Part shown: positions 45,624 to 55,925 of the stretch, one piece after another | How the letters are laid out: each line of letters opens with the position of its first letter | Numbering within the stretch: position 1 is the first letter of the stretch | Source: an uncultured Acidimicrobiaceae bacterium | GTDB taxonomy: Bacteria; Actinomycetota; Acidimicrobiia; Acidimicrobiales; RAAP-2 | DNA: 64,000 nucleotides | Direction: 5' to 3' | Assembly (NCBI GenBank): GCA_963821755.1 | Contig: CAWGEX010000002.1 | Span: 864,717-928,716 of the forward strand | Notes under the pieces: model-generated | What the model was told of the DNA's origin: nothing | Database searches by the model: none | What the model saw: only the letters and a program-made list of their open reading frames with translations | Program-made: the position numbers and the translations under genes

Positions 45624-48332
45624 ATGGCCCTCCACCCTGACCCCGCGTCCCATCCCGACAGCTTCGGTGCCCGATCGGTCCTTGCGGTCAACGGCCGCGA
45701 CTACGAGATCTTCGACCTCAACGCCCCGGCCCTCGCCGCCTACGACGTCCGCCGGTTGCCCTACGCCATTAAGGTGCTGTTGGAGAACCTCTTGCGGCAC
45801 GAGGACAGCCCCCACGTCTCGGCCGATGACATTGCGGCCACGGCCGGCTGGGGGGCGAATCCCGAGGCCCACGGCCAGGCTGCCGGCGATGCCGCCCACG
45901 AGATCGCCCTGACGCCCGAGCGGGTGCTCATGCAGGACTTCACCGGCGTGCCCGGAGTGGTCGACCTGGCCGCCATGCGCGATGCGCTGGCCCGGCTCGG
46001 CGGCAACGCGTCGCAGGTCAACCCCCTGGTCCCGGTCGAGCTGGTCATCGACCACTCCGTGATCGCCGAGCGATCGGGTGACGCGTCGTCCTACGACACC
46101 AATGTCTCCATCGAGTACGAGCGCAACATGGAGCGCTACCAGCTGCTGCGCTGGGCCCAGGGTGCCTTCGACGGGTTCCGCGCCGTTCCCCCCGGCATGG
46201 GCATCTGCCACCAGGTCAACCTCGAGTACCTGTCCCGCGTCGTGTTCGCCGCGCCGGACGGCCGGGCCTTCTGCGACTCCCTGGTCGGCACCGATTCCCA
46301 CACCACCATGGTCAACGGGTTGGGCGTGCTCGGCTGGGGTGTCGGGGGCATCGAGGCCGAAGCGGCCATGCTGGGACAGCCCCTCTCCATGCTGCTCCCA
46401 CCCGTGGTCGGATTGCGCATCTCGGGGGAGCTGCGGGAAGGCACCACCGCGACGGACGTCGTCTTGACCGTGACCGAGCTCCTGCGCAATCACGGGGTGG
46501 TCGGCGCCTTCGTCGAGTGCTACGGACCGGGCGTGGCCGCGCTGCCCCTCGAGACCCGCGCCACCATCGGCAACATGAGCCCCGAGTACGGGGCGACCTG
46601 CACCATGTTCCCGATCGACCAGGTCACCATCGACTACATGCGCTTCACCGGGCGCGACGAAGAGCACCTCGCCCTGGTGGAGGCCTACGCCAAGGCCCAG
46701 GGCCTCTGGCACACCGCCGACGGGGTCGAGCCGGTGTACTCCGAGTACGCCACCCTCGACCTGGCCGACGTCGAGCCGTCCCTGGCCGGGCCGTCGCGTC
46801 CCCAGGACCGGGTGTCCCTGGCCGGCGCCGGCGAGAAATTCCGGGCCGCCCTGGACCGGCCGCCCCGCACCTCGGCCGAGGCGCCGAAGGCAGCCCCCCA
46901 CCACCTCCTCAGCGAGGGCGACGTCGTCGTGGCCGCCATCACCAGCTGTACCAATACGTCGAACCCCCAGGTCATGGTGGCTGCCGGTCTCCTGGCCCAG
47001 CGCGCCGCGGCGCGCGGCCTGCGCTCCAAGCCGTGGGTCAAGACGTCGCTCGCCCCCGGGTCCCGCGTCGTGATGGACTACCTGCAGCGGGCCGGGTTGG
47101 TGGAGCCCCTCGAACAGCTGGGCTTCTTCCTGGTCGGGTACGGGTGCACCACCTGCATCGGCAACTCGGGGCCCCTGCTGGCCGGCGTCAGCGAGGCGGT
47201 CCACGCCGACGACCTGTCCGTCGTGTCCGTCCTGTCGGGCAACCGCAACTTCGAGGGCCGCATCCATCCCGACGTGCGGATGAACTACCTGGCCTCGCCG
47301 CCGCTGGTGGTGGCCTACGCCCTGGCCGGCACCATGGACATCGACCTCACCACCGAGCCTCTCGGTCAAGATGCCGACGGGCAGCCGGTCTTTCTGGCCG
47401 ATCTGTGGCCGAGCGTCCCGGACGTGAGCGCGACCATCCAGAGCTCCCTGACGTCCGACATGTTCCGCACCCGTTACAGCGCCGTGTTCGACGGCGACGA
47501 CTACTGGCGACAGATGCCGGTCGCCGAGGGTGAGACCTTCTCGTGGCAGGACGACTCCACCTACGTCAAGAACCCGCCCTACTTCGACGGCATGACCATG
47601 ACCCCGGCTCCGGTGACCGACATCGAGGGAGCCCGGGTCCTGGTCATGGTGGGTGACAGCGTCACCACCGACCACATCTCCCCGGCTGGTTCCATCGGCC
47701 CCGACACCCCGGCCGGGCGCTACCTGACCGAGCACGGTGTCCCCCGCGGTGACTTCAACTCCTACGGGGCCCGGCGCGGCAACCACGAAGTGATGATGCG
47801 GGGCACCTTCGCCAACGTCCGCCTGCGCAACCGCCTGGCTCCGGGGACCGAGGGCGGGTTCACGCGGCACTTCCCCGACGGGGCGGAGACGTCGATCTTC
47901 GACGCCGCCATGGAGTACGCCCGGCAGGGCACGCCGCTGGTCGTCCTGGCCGGCCTCGAATACGGCACCGGGTCCAGTCGCGACTGGGCCGCCAAGGGCA
48001 CGGCCCTGCTCGGCGTGCGCGCCGTCATCGCCCAGAGCTACGAGCGCATCCACCGCTCGAACCTGATCGGCATGGGGGTGCTCCCCCTGCAGCTCTACAA
48101 GGGCGATTCCGTCGAGACCTTGGGACTGCTCGGCACCGAGCGCTTCACCATCGCCGGCATCGAGGCCCTCAACAATGGTGAGCTGCCGAAGGAGCTGACC
48201 GTGGTCGCCACCCCCGACGAAGGCTCGAACAGCGAGTTCAGGGCGATCGTGCGCATCGACACCCCGATGGAGGCCGAGTACTACCGGCACGGGGGCATCC
48301 TGCCTTACGTGCTCCGGCAACTGGCCGGGTGA
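45624..48332 (+). CDS. acnA: aconitate hydratase A
   Basis: ATG 45624 in ORF 45405..48332. 902 aa. [72 protein letters not shown]. Confidence 0.96.
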   Translation: MALHPDPASHPDSFGARSVLAVNGRDYEIFDLNAPALAAYDVRRLPYAIKVLLENLLRHEDSPHVSADDIAATAGWGANPEAHGQAAGDAAHEIALTPERVLMQDFTGVPGVVDLAAMRDALARLGGNASQVNPLVPVELVIDHSVIAERSGDASSYDTNVSIEYERNMERYQLLRWAQGAFDGFRAVPPGMGICHQVNLEYLSRVVFAAPDGRAFCDSLVGTDSHTTMVNGLGVLGWGVGGIEAEAAMLGQPLSMLLPPVVGLRISGELREGTTATDVVLTVTELLRNHGVVGAFVECYGPGVAALPLETRATIGNMSPEYGATCTMFPIDQVTIDYMRFTGRDEEHLALVEAYAKAQGLWHTADGVEPVYSEYATLDLADVEPSLAGPSRPQDRVSLAGAGEKFRAALDRPPRTSAEAPKAAPHHLLSEGDVVVAAITSCTNTSNPQVMVAAGLLAQRAAARGLRSKPWVKTSLAPGSRVVMDYLQRAGLVEPLEQLGFFLVGYGCTTCIGNSGPLLAGVSEAVHADDLSVVSVLSGNRNFEGRIHPDVRMNYLASPPLVVAYALAGTMDIDLTTEPLGQDADGQPVFLADLWPSVPDVSATIQSSLTSDMFRTRYSAVFDGDDYWRQMPVAEGETFSWQDDSTYVKNPPYFDGMTMTPAPVTDIEGARVLVMVGDSVTTDHISPAGSIGPDTPAGRYLTEHGVPRGDFNSYGARRGNHEVMMRGTFANVRLRNRLAPGTEGGFTRHFPDGAETSIFDAAMEYARQGTPLVVLAGLEYGTGSSRDWAAKGTALLGVRAVIAQSYERIHRSNLIGMGVLPLQLYKGDSVETLGLLGTERFTIAGIEALNNGELPKELTVVATPDEGSNSEFRAIVRIDTPMEAEYYRHGGILPYVLRQLAG

Positions 48333-48368
48333 CCGTCCCCCTCGCACCTTGAACAGGTTATTTATCAG

Positions 48369-48396
48369 TTGCTTTATATAAGGGACTTGTTAATAT
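48369..48396 (+). promoter_or_regulatory. sigma-70-type promoter for a leaderless arsR mRNA (-35 TTGCTT, 16-nt spacer, -10 TAATAT)
   Basis: Lies in a 50-nt AT-rich island (48349-48399). The -10 ends 6 nt before the GTG at 48403. Confidence 0.4.
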
Positions 48397-48402
48397 AGGT
48401 GG

Positions 48403-48723
48403 GTGACCACCGCCTTCGACGTGCTCGCCGAGCCCACTCGGCGCCAGGTGCTGACCGTGTTGCTCAACGGCCCCCGGCCGGTCGGCCAACTGTCCACCTT
48501 GCTGGGACAGAGCCAGCCCGGCATGAGCCGGCACCTGCGCATCCTGCGCGACGCCGGCCTGGTGAGCGTGCGCCACGTGGCCCAGCAGCGTTGGTACGAG
48601 ATCCAACCCGGCCCACTGGCCGAGATCGACGCGTGGTTGGCCCCGTTCCGCCGGGAGTGGTCCGATCGACTGGCCCGACTGGAGGATCACCTCCGGGCGA
48701 ACGAGGAGGCGCACATCGCATGA
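48403..48723 (+). CDS. ArsR/SmtB-family transcriptional regulator
   Basis: 106 aa. FDVLAEPTRRQVLTVLLNGPRPVGQLSTLLGQSQPGMSRHLRILRDAGLV. Confidence 0.88.
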   Translation: MTTAFDVLAEPTRRQVLTVLLNGPRPVGQLSTLLGQSQPGMSRHLRILRDAGLVSVRHVAQQRWYEIQPGPLAEIDAWLAPFRREWSDRLARLEDHLRANEEAHIA

Positions 48724-49226
48724 TCGACGACGGCAGCACCCTTGGCGAGGTCACGCGCCTGGCGGCGCACGCCGTCATCCGGTTCGAGCGCCATCTCCCC
48801 GTTCCTCCACCGGTCGTCTGGGTCGCCCTCACCGACCCGGACTTCCTGTCGAAGTGGTGGGGTGAGGTCACCTTGGATCTGCGCCTGGGCGGGCAATTCG
48901 ACGTGTGCTGGTTCAACGCCACGCCATCGGGCGACCGGCTGACCATGCACGGGAAGGTCACCGCGCTCGATCCCCCGCACCTGCTCGAGACCACCGGCGA
49001 CGTCCACGGCATCCTGCGTTGGGAACTCGCGCCCGAGTCGGGCGGCACCGTGCTGGTCTTCACCAGCACGCTCGACCTTCCCGAAGAGTTCCGCAGCCGG
49101 ACGTTGGCCGGATGGCACTTTCATCTCATGGCGCTGCGGCACGCGTTGGCCGGCGGCACGGCCGATCTGGTCGAACTCCCCGAGTGGCCCGCCATCCACG
49201 ACCGCTACGAGATGCGGGGCGCCTGA
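48720..49226 (+). CDS. SRPBCC-superfamily protein (AHSA1/Aha1-like)
   Basis: ATG 48720 overlaps the arsR stop. RFERHLPVPPPVVWVALTDPDFLSKWWG.... The ArsR plus SRPBCC pair is a common actinobacterial operon. Confidence 0.75.
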   Translation: MIDDGSTLGEVTRLAAHAVIRFERHLPVPPPVVWVALTDPDFLSKWWGEVTLDLRLGGQFDVCWFNATPSGDRLTMHGKVTALDPPHLLETTGDVHGILRWELAPESGGTVLVFTSTLDLPEEFRSRTLAGWHFHLMALRHALAGGTADLVELPEWPAIHDRYEMRGA

Positions 49227-49269
49227 CCCACGGCGTCGCCCCGCGCCTTGCCGGACGCCACCGAGCTCG

Positions 49270-50049
49270 TCAGGGGATGAGAGTGACCCGGAAGAGCTCG
49301 GCGCTCGCCCCTTCCGGGAGACCGGCGACCTCGCCTTGGGCCCGCCCATTGGTCGTGATGCGTTCAGTGACTCCGGCCGGATCACCGATCTGGCTCTTGT
49401 GCGAAAGCAGAGCCGCCACCTTCCGCTCGATGGTGGTCGTCGTCTCGACCGCGATATTCGGGCCCTCGCCACCCATGATCCACAGTTCGTTGACGGTCCA
49501 GGGCTCAAGGCCCTCGTCGGCCAGCAACTCGGGGTGGGCGAAGGGATTGCGCGCGTCGGGGTAGACGGCGCAGACCGCGGCCTCACCCGCCGCCAGATGA
49601 TCCGGGTGGCTGGCATAGATGAAGTCCCAGCGCCGCTCCGGCGACGGGCAGAGCACCCGTTCGGGCCGGACCTGCCGGATGACCCGGCTGATGTCACGCC
49701 GCAGCTCGATGGTGGGGAGAAGCCGCCCGTCGGGGTAGCCCAGAAAACGCACATCGGTCACGCCGACCTCCGCCGCCGCGGCCCGCTGCTCGCGTTGTCG
49801 CAACTCGGCCATGTCCGATCGTGTCATGGCGCGATCGGAACCGCCGGCATCGCCGTTGGTGACGATGCAGTACGTGACGCCGATCCCGGCTTTCGTAAAG
49901 GCCGCCACCGTGCCCGCCGTCCCGAAATCGACGTCGTCGGGATGGGCCGCCACGACCAGGACGGGACGGACACCGTCGTCCGGTGACCAGACGTCGATGG
50001 CAGGGTCGATGTCGCTCAGAGGACGCTCTCCTCGGGCGACGGCGTCCAC
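49270..50049 (-). CDS. PIG-L/LmbE-family deacetylase
   Basis: 259 aa. VLVVAAHPDDVDFGTAGTVAAF...TNGDAGG...HPDH. Confidence 0.82.
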   Translation of the reverse strand: MDAVARGERPLSDIDPAIDVWSPDDGVRPVLVVAAHPDDVDFGTAGTVAAFTKAGIGVTYCIVTNGDAGGSDRAMTRSDMAELRQREQRAAAAEVGVTDVRFLGYPDGRLLPTIELRRDISRVIRQVRPERVLCPSPERRWDFIYASHPDHLAAGEAAVCAVYPDARNPFAHPELLADEGLEPWTVNELWIMGGEGPNIAVETTTTIERKVAALLSHKSQIGDPAGVTERITTNGRAQGEVAGLPEGASAELFRVTLIP

Positions 50050-51296
50050 GCGGCGAGGTCGGCCAGCCGCGGATCATTGGAGAACATCTCCACAATGGGA
50101 ACGCGCAGACCGAGGCGCCGCTGGATGACCTCTACTTCGACCAGTTGGTTCCACAAGTTCAGGCTCACGACGACGCCGGCCTTCCCGGCGCGGGCCGTAC
50201 GGCCCGATCGGTGCAGGTAGGCCTTGTGGTCTTCGGGCGGATCGAAGTGGATCACGCCATCGACGGCCTCGATGTGCAGGCCCCGGGCGGCCACATCGGT
50301 GGCGACCAGGACCGGCAGCTTGCCCGAGGAGAAATCGGCCAGCGCCCGTTCCCGGTTGGCTTGCCGAAGGTCGCCGTGGATGGCCGCGGCGCGGATCCCC
50401 TCCTTGCCCAGGTTCTCGACCAGGCGATCGGCGCCCCGCTTGGTGCGCACGAAGAAGAGCGACTTCTCCTGGGACCGACAGATTGCCGCCGCCACCTTCA
50501 CCTTGTCCATCTGGTGCACCTGGATGAACCGGTGCTCCATGGCGGTCACCGTCTGGGTGGAGGAGGCCACCTCGTGGAAGACCGGCTCGGTCAGGTACCG
50601 CTGCACCAGGCGATCGACCGCTCCGTCCAAGGTGGCGGAGAAGAGCAGGGTCTGGTGGGGCGCTTCGAGGCGGCGCAGCACCCATTCGACCTGGGGCATG
50701 AACCCCATGTCGGCCATGCGGTCCGCCTCGTCGAGCACCAGCGTCTCGAGCTGATCAACCGCCAACTCGCCGCGGTCGCCCAGGTCGATCAGTCGTCCCG
50801 GGGTGGCGATGATGACGTCGACGCCTTTGTGGAGCTTCGACACCTGACGATCGATGTCCGCCCCGCCGTAGACGGCGACGGCGTGGAGACCGAGCGTCTT
50901 GGCCAGTGGCGCCAGCACGTCGTGCACCTGCACGGCCAGCTCTCTGGTGGGGAGTAGGACCAAGGCCAGAGGCCGGGCGGGGCGAGCCGGCGCCGACCGG
51001 GCACCTTGGGCGTCCCGGGTCGCTTTGGCCCGCTGCAGCAGCGGGACACCAAAAGCCAGGGTCTTGCCCGAGCCCGTCTTGGCCTTGCCACAGACGTCGC
51101 GTCCGGCCAGTGCGTCGGCGATGGTGAGCGCCTGAATTGGAAAAGCGCTGACGATCCCTTGATCAGCCAGCGCTTTGGTCAGTTCTTCCGAGACTCCGAG
51201 GGACTCAAAGGTCCGAGCCGTCTCGTACAGGTCACCGGCCGAGATATCCCCGTCCGATGTTCCGGCGTGCGCGCCGGTCAATGCTTCGATTGTCAT
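50016..51296 (-). CDS. DEAD-box ATP-dependent RNA helicase
   Basis: Start at MTIEAL (ATG 51296) in ORF 50016..51374. Q-motif FPIQ, AKTGSGKTLAF, PTRELA, VLDEADRM, SAT, HRSGRTARAG. Confidence 0.92.
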   Translation of the reverse strand: MTIEALTGAHAGTSDGDISAGDLYETARTFESLGVSEELTKALADQGIVSAFPIQALTIADALAGRDVCGKAKTGSGKTLAFGVPLLQRAKATRDAQGARSAPARPARPLALVLLPTRELAVQVHDVLAPLAKTLGLHAVAVYGGADIDRQVSKLHKGVDVIIATPGRLIDLGDRGELAVDQLETLVLDEADRMADMGFMPQVEWVLRRLEAPHQTLLFSATLDGAVDRLVQRYLTEPVFHEVASSTQTVTAMEHRFIQVHQMDKVKVAAAICRSQEKSLFFVRTKRGADRLVENLGKEGIRAAAIHGDLRQANRERALADFSSGKLPVLVATDVAARGLHIEAVDGVIHFDPPEDHKAYLHRSGRTARAGKAGVVVSLNLWNQLVEVEVIQRRLGLRVPIVEMFSNDPRLADLAAWTPSPEESVL

Positions 51297-51471
51297 GTCC
51301 CGCTCTCTCTGTTGTCCGGCGGGACCCTGCGCCAACCAGAGGAGGAGGTAACGGCCCCGACTCACCAGCCCCATGCCAGCGGTCGCATAGCTATTGTACC
51401 AGTGACGGGAGCCATTCCGGCCTCATACCTGTGCCGAAGTGGGCAACCCGCTACCTGAAAGAGGACCGAAC

Positions 51472-51939
51472 ATGGCCAAATTGGAAGCTGGCGACAACGC
51501 CCCCGCGTTCACCTTGCCCGACCAGGACGGCAAGCCGGTCAAGCTCACGAGCTTCAAGGGACAGCAGGTCATTGTGTACTTCTACCCGGCCGACGACACT
51601 CCCGGGTGCACCAAGGAGGCCTGCCAGTTCAACGACAACCTCAAGGCGTTCGAGAAGGCCGGCGTCGCCGTGCTGGGCATCTCACCCGACAAGGCCGAAA
51701 AGCACGTCAAGTTCCGCACCAAGTACAAGCTCAAGTTCCCGCTCCTCACCGACGCCGACAAGGCGGTCATGCAGAAGTACGGCGCCTGGGGCGAGAAGAC
51801 CATGTACGGCAAGAAGACGGTCGGCACCATCCGCTCGACCTTCCTGGTGGGGCCCAACGGCAAGATCCAGCGGGCCTGGTACAACGTGAGGGCTGACGGA
51901 CACGCGGCCAAGGTGCTCGAGACCCTCGGCGAAAACTGA
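51472..51939 (+). CDS. bcp: thioredoxin-dependent thiol peroxidase (Bcp/PrxQ peroxiredoxin)
   Basis: MAKLEAGDNAPAFTLPDQDGKPVKL...YFYPADDTPGCTKEAC. ATG 51472 with GAGGA upstream. Confidence 0.92.
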   Translation: MAKLEAGDNAPAFTLPDQDGKPVKLTSFKGQQVIVYFYPADDTPGCTKEACQFNDNLKAFEKAGVAVLGISPDKAEKHVKFRTKYKLKFPLLTDADKAVMQKYGAWGEKTMYGKKTVGTIRSTFLVGPNGKIQRAWYNVRADGHAAKVLETLGEN

Positions 51940-51973
51940 GCTCATCGCTGCTTGGCCGGCTGCTGGGTCGGCC

Positions 51974-52771
51974 TCACACCTGGTGGGTCGGGCACCAGTA
52001 GGTCGTTCGCCCACCCACGACGGAACGTCGAAGCTCAGTGCCGTCGCGGGGGCATCGTCCACCGGCCCGGCGCTCCTCCATGAGCTCGCCCATGTGCGAC
52101 CCACCCCGGCGACCGAGCCGGCGCAGCGTGGAGCGAATGGCTTTGTGCAGCACCCGTAGCTCGGTGTCGCTGAGTGGGGTGCGACGCTCGGGATCGAGGT
52201 CGGCCGCCCACAACATCTCGTCGGCCAGCAGATTACCGACACCGGCCAACCGTGCTTGATCCAACAGCCGGGCCTTGAGCGGGGCCGCGCCGCCGGCCCG
52301 TCCCGTCGACCCGGTGAGAGCCTGCCGGAGCTCGGGCAGGGTGACGGTGAGGGCATCGGGCCCCAGTCGGTCCTCGTTGGGCGCCAGCTCCAGCGAGCCG
52401 AAGCGGCGGGGATCGTGCAGCCAGAGATGCCCCCCGTCGGCGAAGCTGACGCGCGCCCGTACCCACTTCTCGTCGAAGAGCCCGGGGCCGTAGCGCAGCC
52501 GGTCGAGCGCCCGCGCGCCGTCGACCACCAGGCCGCCGGTCATGCCGAACCGGATGCCGAGGGTCGGGCCGTCGTCGGTGTCGAGCAGGAGGAGCTTGCC
52601 CCGGCGTCGAGCCTGGGTGAACGAATGTCCCACCAGGGCGGCAGTGAGGCGCCGGGGCGTGGTGCCGCCCCGCCCGTAGCGAGAATCAACCATCCAGCAG
52701 CCGGATATGTCGCGATGGAGCCCCTTTTCCGCCAATTGCCGGTACAGCTCGACCTCGAGGATTTCGGGCAC
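51974..52771 (-). CDS. Fpg/Nei-family DNA glycosylase/AP lyase
   Basis: The GTG at 52771 gives (M)PEILEVELYR (catalytic N-terminal Pro-Glu). H2TH region and a C-terminal zinc finger CPRDGTELRRSVVGGRTTYWCPTHQ. Confidence 0.88.
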   Translation of the reverse strand: MPEILEVELYRQLAEKGLHRDISGCWMVDSRYGRGGTTPRRLTAALVGHSFTQARRRGKLLLLDTDDGPTLGIRFGMTGGLVVDGARALDRLRYGPGLFDEKWVRARVSFADGGHLWLHDPRRFGSLELAPNEDRLGPDALTVTLPELRQALTGSTGRAGGAAPLKARLLDQARLAGVGNLLADEMLWAADLDPERRTPLSDTELRVLHKAIRSTLRRLGRRGGSHMGELMEERRAGGRCPRDGTELRRSVVGGRTTYWCPTHQV

Positions 52772-52809
52772 GGCCGAGACCGTACCGGACCTCCGCGCGT
52801 GGGCCTTAT

Positions 52810-53949
52810 ATGGTGGACGCCGTGCCACCCGAAAAGCCACAATGGGCCGAACTTTTCTCCGAGGTCGTGACGTCGGGTCTGTGTACCGGCTGTTCCGCGT
52901 GCGTCATCGCCTGTCCGTACGACGTCCTCGAGTATGACGACACCGACGGCCACTACAAACCGTTCCACGTGTTGGCCGAAGGGGGGCCCGACAACTGCAC
53001 CCACGGCCTGAAGGGATGCACGCTGTGCACCCGGGCCTGCCCCCGCTTTCGGACCTGGGAACCGGAGATCGAGGAGAAGCTGTTCGGCCGGACGCGGACC
53101 GACGAGGAGGTCGCGGGCATCTCGCGCCGGACCGTCCTGGCCCGGGCCGTCGACCCCGAAGTGCAGGGAACCGGCCAGGACGGTGGCCTGGTCTCGGCCC
53201 TCCTGATCTGGGCGTTCGAGCACGACGTGATCGATGCCGCTCTGGTCTCGGGGCTCGAGGGCGACGGGTCGACCTGGAAGGCGGTCCCCAAGGTGGCGTG
53301 GAACAAGGAGGACGTGCTGGCCACGGCCGGGTCCCGGTACACCTACTCCGCCAACCCGCTGGCCTATCCCGAGGCCATCGCCGGAGGCGCCGAGCGCATC
53401 GCCCTGGTCGGCATGGGGTGTCAGGCCTCGGCTCCCCCGGTCATGGCCGCCCGCAAAGCGGGCAAGATCGCTCGGCGGTTCGTGCTGTCCGTCGGGCTCT
53501 TGTGCTCCAAGACCTTTGACGACGCCATCTTCCCTGAGCTCTTCGAAGCGAAGTACGGCTTGGCCCGGGCCGACATCCTCAAGATGAATATCAAGGGCGT
53601 CTTCCAGGTCTGGATGCGCGATGGGGCGTACCACGAGATCCCGTTGAAAGAAGCACACGCCTGGACGCGCGAGGGATGCACCACCTGCCCGGACTTCGCC
53701 GCCGAGCACGCGGACATTTCCACCGGTGGCATCGGCGCCTTTGGCGATTGGACGCTCACCCTCCTGCGCACCGAGGCCGGAGAGGCTCTCTTCGACGAGA
53801 TGGAAGCCGGGGGCGTCATCGAGACGCGCCCGATCGAAGACGATCCCGGGGCGGTGACTCTCATGAACCGGCTGAGCAAGGTGAGCCGCAAGCGTTGGCC
53901 GGCGACGGCGGTACCGATGCCGGGGCGTCTGCCTGCGCCGACTGCATGA
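52810..53949 (+). CDS. coenzyme F420 hydrogenase/dehydrogenase beta-subunit-family Fe-S flavoprotein (FrhB/FdhB-like)
   Basis: 379 aa. Ferredoxin-like CTGCSACVIACP...CTLCTRACP at the N-terminus, then GQDGGLVSALL, GSRYTYS, GMGCQ, and CPDFAAEHADISTGGIG. Confidence 0.75.
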   Translation: MVDAVPPEKPQWAELFSEVVTSGLCTGCSACVIACPYDVLEYDDTDGHYKPFHVLAEGGPDNCTHGLKGCTLCTRACPRFRTWEPEIEEKLFGRTRTDEEVAGISRRTVLARAVDPEVQGTGQDGGLVSALLIWAFEHDVIDAALVSGLEGDGSTWKAVPKVAWNKEDVLATAGSRYTYSANPLAYPEAIAGGAERIALVGMGCQASAPPVMAARKAGKIARRFVLSVGLLCSKTFDDAIFPELFEAKYGLARADILKMNIKGVFQVWMRDGAYHEIPLKEAHAWTREGCTTCPDFAAEHADISTGGIGAFGDWTLTLLRTEAGEALFDEMEAGGVIETRPIEDDPGAVTLMNRLSKVSRKRWPATAVPMPGRLPAPTA

Positions 53950-54338
53950 GCCCAGCGGGGCCCGGTCAGGACGAATTCGCCGCCCTCCTCGGCATCGACG
54001 TGCAGCGCAACGGGCCCGGGCACACCGTGGCCACCCTGACGACGGACGGTCGTCACGCCAATCCGCACGGCACGGTGCACGGGGCCGTGTTCTATGCCGT
54101 TGCGGGCGCGGCGGTGGCGGCCGCAGCGAATGATGACGAGCACTCGGGGATCATCTCCTCGGTGCTGGTCGAGTACCTCCAGCCGGCCGCCCTGGGTGAC
54201 GTGCTGTACGCGGAGATCTCCCGGGACGCGTCAACCGAACGAGAGGACATCTTCACCGGGACCGTCCGGCGGGGACCTCACGGTGATCTGCTGGCCTGGG
54301 TGCGCGCCCGGGGCACGCGCCGCACCCGCTCGCGCTGA
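53946..54338 (+). CDS. PaaI-family hotdog thioesterase
   Basis: ATG 53946 overlaps the upstream stop (ATGA). LLGIDVQRNGPGHTVATLTTDGRHANPHGTVHGAVFYAVAGAAVAAAA. Confidence 0.7.
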   Translation: MSPAGPGQDEFAALLGIDVQRNGPGHTVATLTTDGRHANPHGTVHGAVFYAVAGAAVAAAANDDEHSGIISSVLVEYLQPAALGDVLYAEISRDASTEREDIFTGTVRRGPHGDLLAWVRARGTRRTRSR

Positions 54339-54388
54339 ACGCACACCCGCGGCGGATCCGGCGAGTCGGGGATCGAACGGCAAGGCGG

Positions 54389-55834
54389 TCAATCGGACGC
54401 CGCCGCCGCCCGAGCTCCGGCGAATCTCCCGAACATGGTGCTGTCCCCGATGGAGAGCCCACTGGCATAGCCAAAGGCGCACACCCCGGCGGTGGTGCGA
54501 CCGGCGGCGAAGAGGCCCGGGATGGGATCCCCACTCAGATTGAGGACCTCTCCGTCGACCCTGGTCTCGAGGCCGCCCAACGTGAAGGGCGCATAGGGAG
54601 CGGGGCCAATCCGTACGTCAATGGCCCCGAGAGGCGGGACGAGCGGGCGGACCCACTCGGACGCCTTGTGGAAGACGGGGTCGGCGTGAGATTCGGCGTG
54701 CCGGTTGTAGAGCGAGACCGACGCTTCGAGTGAACCGATCGGCAGGCCCATCTCGGCCTCGAGTTGGGCCGGGGTCTCGCACACCCAACTGGCGGCCAGG
54801 CCCATCCAGTTCACCTCGTAGGAAGCCTCGTCGACGATGAGGTACACCTCGCCGTTCTGCTCGTAGAGCGCGGACTGGCCGACCCGGCCCATGTACGTGT
54901 CCTCATTGATGAACCGTTGGCCCTGGCCGTTGACCAGGATCCCGTGAATCAAGGTGCGCGGTGGCGTGATGGGCAGGGACACCTCCCCGGCGTACATGTT
55001 GCGCACCGAGGCCCCGATGGCCTGGGCCATGCGGATGCCCCGACCGTCGTCGCCTTCGGTCCCCACCTTCCAGGTGCCCCGCACCAGGGGCGGGCAGTGC
55101 TGTCGCAGCATGTCGTCGTTGTAGATGAAACCGCCCGCAGTGAGGACCGCGCCCCGTCGGGCCCGCAGAGAGACGGTCTGCCCGAAGCGTTGCCCTTGCA
55201 CGCCGACCACACGGCCAGCGTCGACGACCAGGCGGTCCACCCTCGTGTCGAGCGAGACCCGGGCCCCGGCGTCGGTCGCGGCGGCGGCCAGGTGCTGCAT
55301 GAGCAGCCACCCGGTCGATCGCTTGGTCTTGGCCAGATGCCCTCGCGGCGCCGGCGTGGCCAGCTCGTTGAAGGGGTAGGCGTCCTCGCCGCCGGAGTAC
55401 ACCAACCCCTCGGTGCCGTTGGGTGCCATGGAGGTATCCGGGCAGAAGCTCGGGTCGAAGGGGACCCCCCGGGCCACCAGCCAGTCGAAGTGACCCAGGC
55501 TCTCGGCGCAGTAGCGGGCGATCTTCTGCTCGTCGGGATCGGGCCCGCACGCCGCCATCATGTAGGCGAACATGTTCTCGGTGGTGTCGGCGAAGCCACA
55601 GGCCTGCTGGATGGGCGTGCCCCCGCCCAAATAGACGATGCCCTCCGCCAGCGCGGCGGCGCCCCCGGCGCCCCCCGTCCGTTCGGTGACCAGCACCCTG
55701 GCACCGGCTTCTGCCGCGGTGAACGCCGCTGTCGACCCGGCGGCGCCGAAGCCGACCACCACCACGTCGGCCTCGTCGTCCCACGAGGTGACGTCGGCGA
55801 CGTCGCACGGCGTCACGTCGGCCGGCTCGCTCAC
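54389..55834 (-). CDS. FAD-binding oxidoreductase (3-ketosteroid-delta1-dehydrogenase / fumarate-reductase flavoprotein-like)
   Basis: 481 aa. ADVVVVGFGAAGSTAAFTAAEAGARVLVTER dinucleotide fold and C-terminal GLFAAGRTTAG. Confidence 0.82.
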   Translation of the reverse strand: MSEPADVTPCDVADVTSWDDEADVVVVGFGAAGSTAAFTAAEAGARVLVTERTGGAGGAAALAEGIVYLGGGTPIQQACGFADTTENMFAYMMAACGPDPDEQKIARYCAESLGHFDWLVARGVPFDPSFCPDTSMAPNGTEGLVYSGGEDAYPFNELATPAPRGHLAKTKRSTGWLLMQHLAAAATDAGARVSLDTRVDRLVVDAGRVVGVQGQRFGQTVSLRARRGAVLTAGGFIYNDDMLRQHCPPLVRGTWKVGTEGDDGRGIRMAQAIGASVRNMYAGEVSLPITPPRTLIHGILVNGQGQRFINEDTYMGRVGQSALYEQNGEVYLIVDEASYEVNWMGLAASWVCETPAQLEAEMGLPIGSLEASVSLYNRHAESHADPVFHKASEWVRPLVPPLGAIDVRIGPAPYAPFTLGGLETRVDGEVLNLSGDPIPGLFAAGRTTAGVCAFGYASGLSIGDSTMFGRFAGARAAAASD

Positions 55835-55925
55835 TCGGTCCCTCCCACTCCTCCGCTACGGCTTCCGGCGGAGGGTAGCCGGTCGGACGGCAGGACCCCG
55901 TCGATTCCCCCTACGGTGCAGTTCT

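Noticed and set aside
45438-48347. 969-aa minus-strand ORF antisense to acnA. Similar long antisense ORFs occur at 39714..41024, 39884..41854, 42531..43733, 25643..27013 and 54764..56644.
   Set aside because: These are mirror-frame artefacts of strongly biased high-GC genes. The opposite or alternative frames carry canonical aconitase, desaturase/esterase, ArgS, permease and FAD-enzyme motifs.
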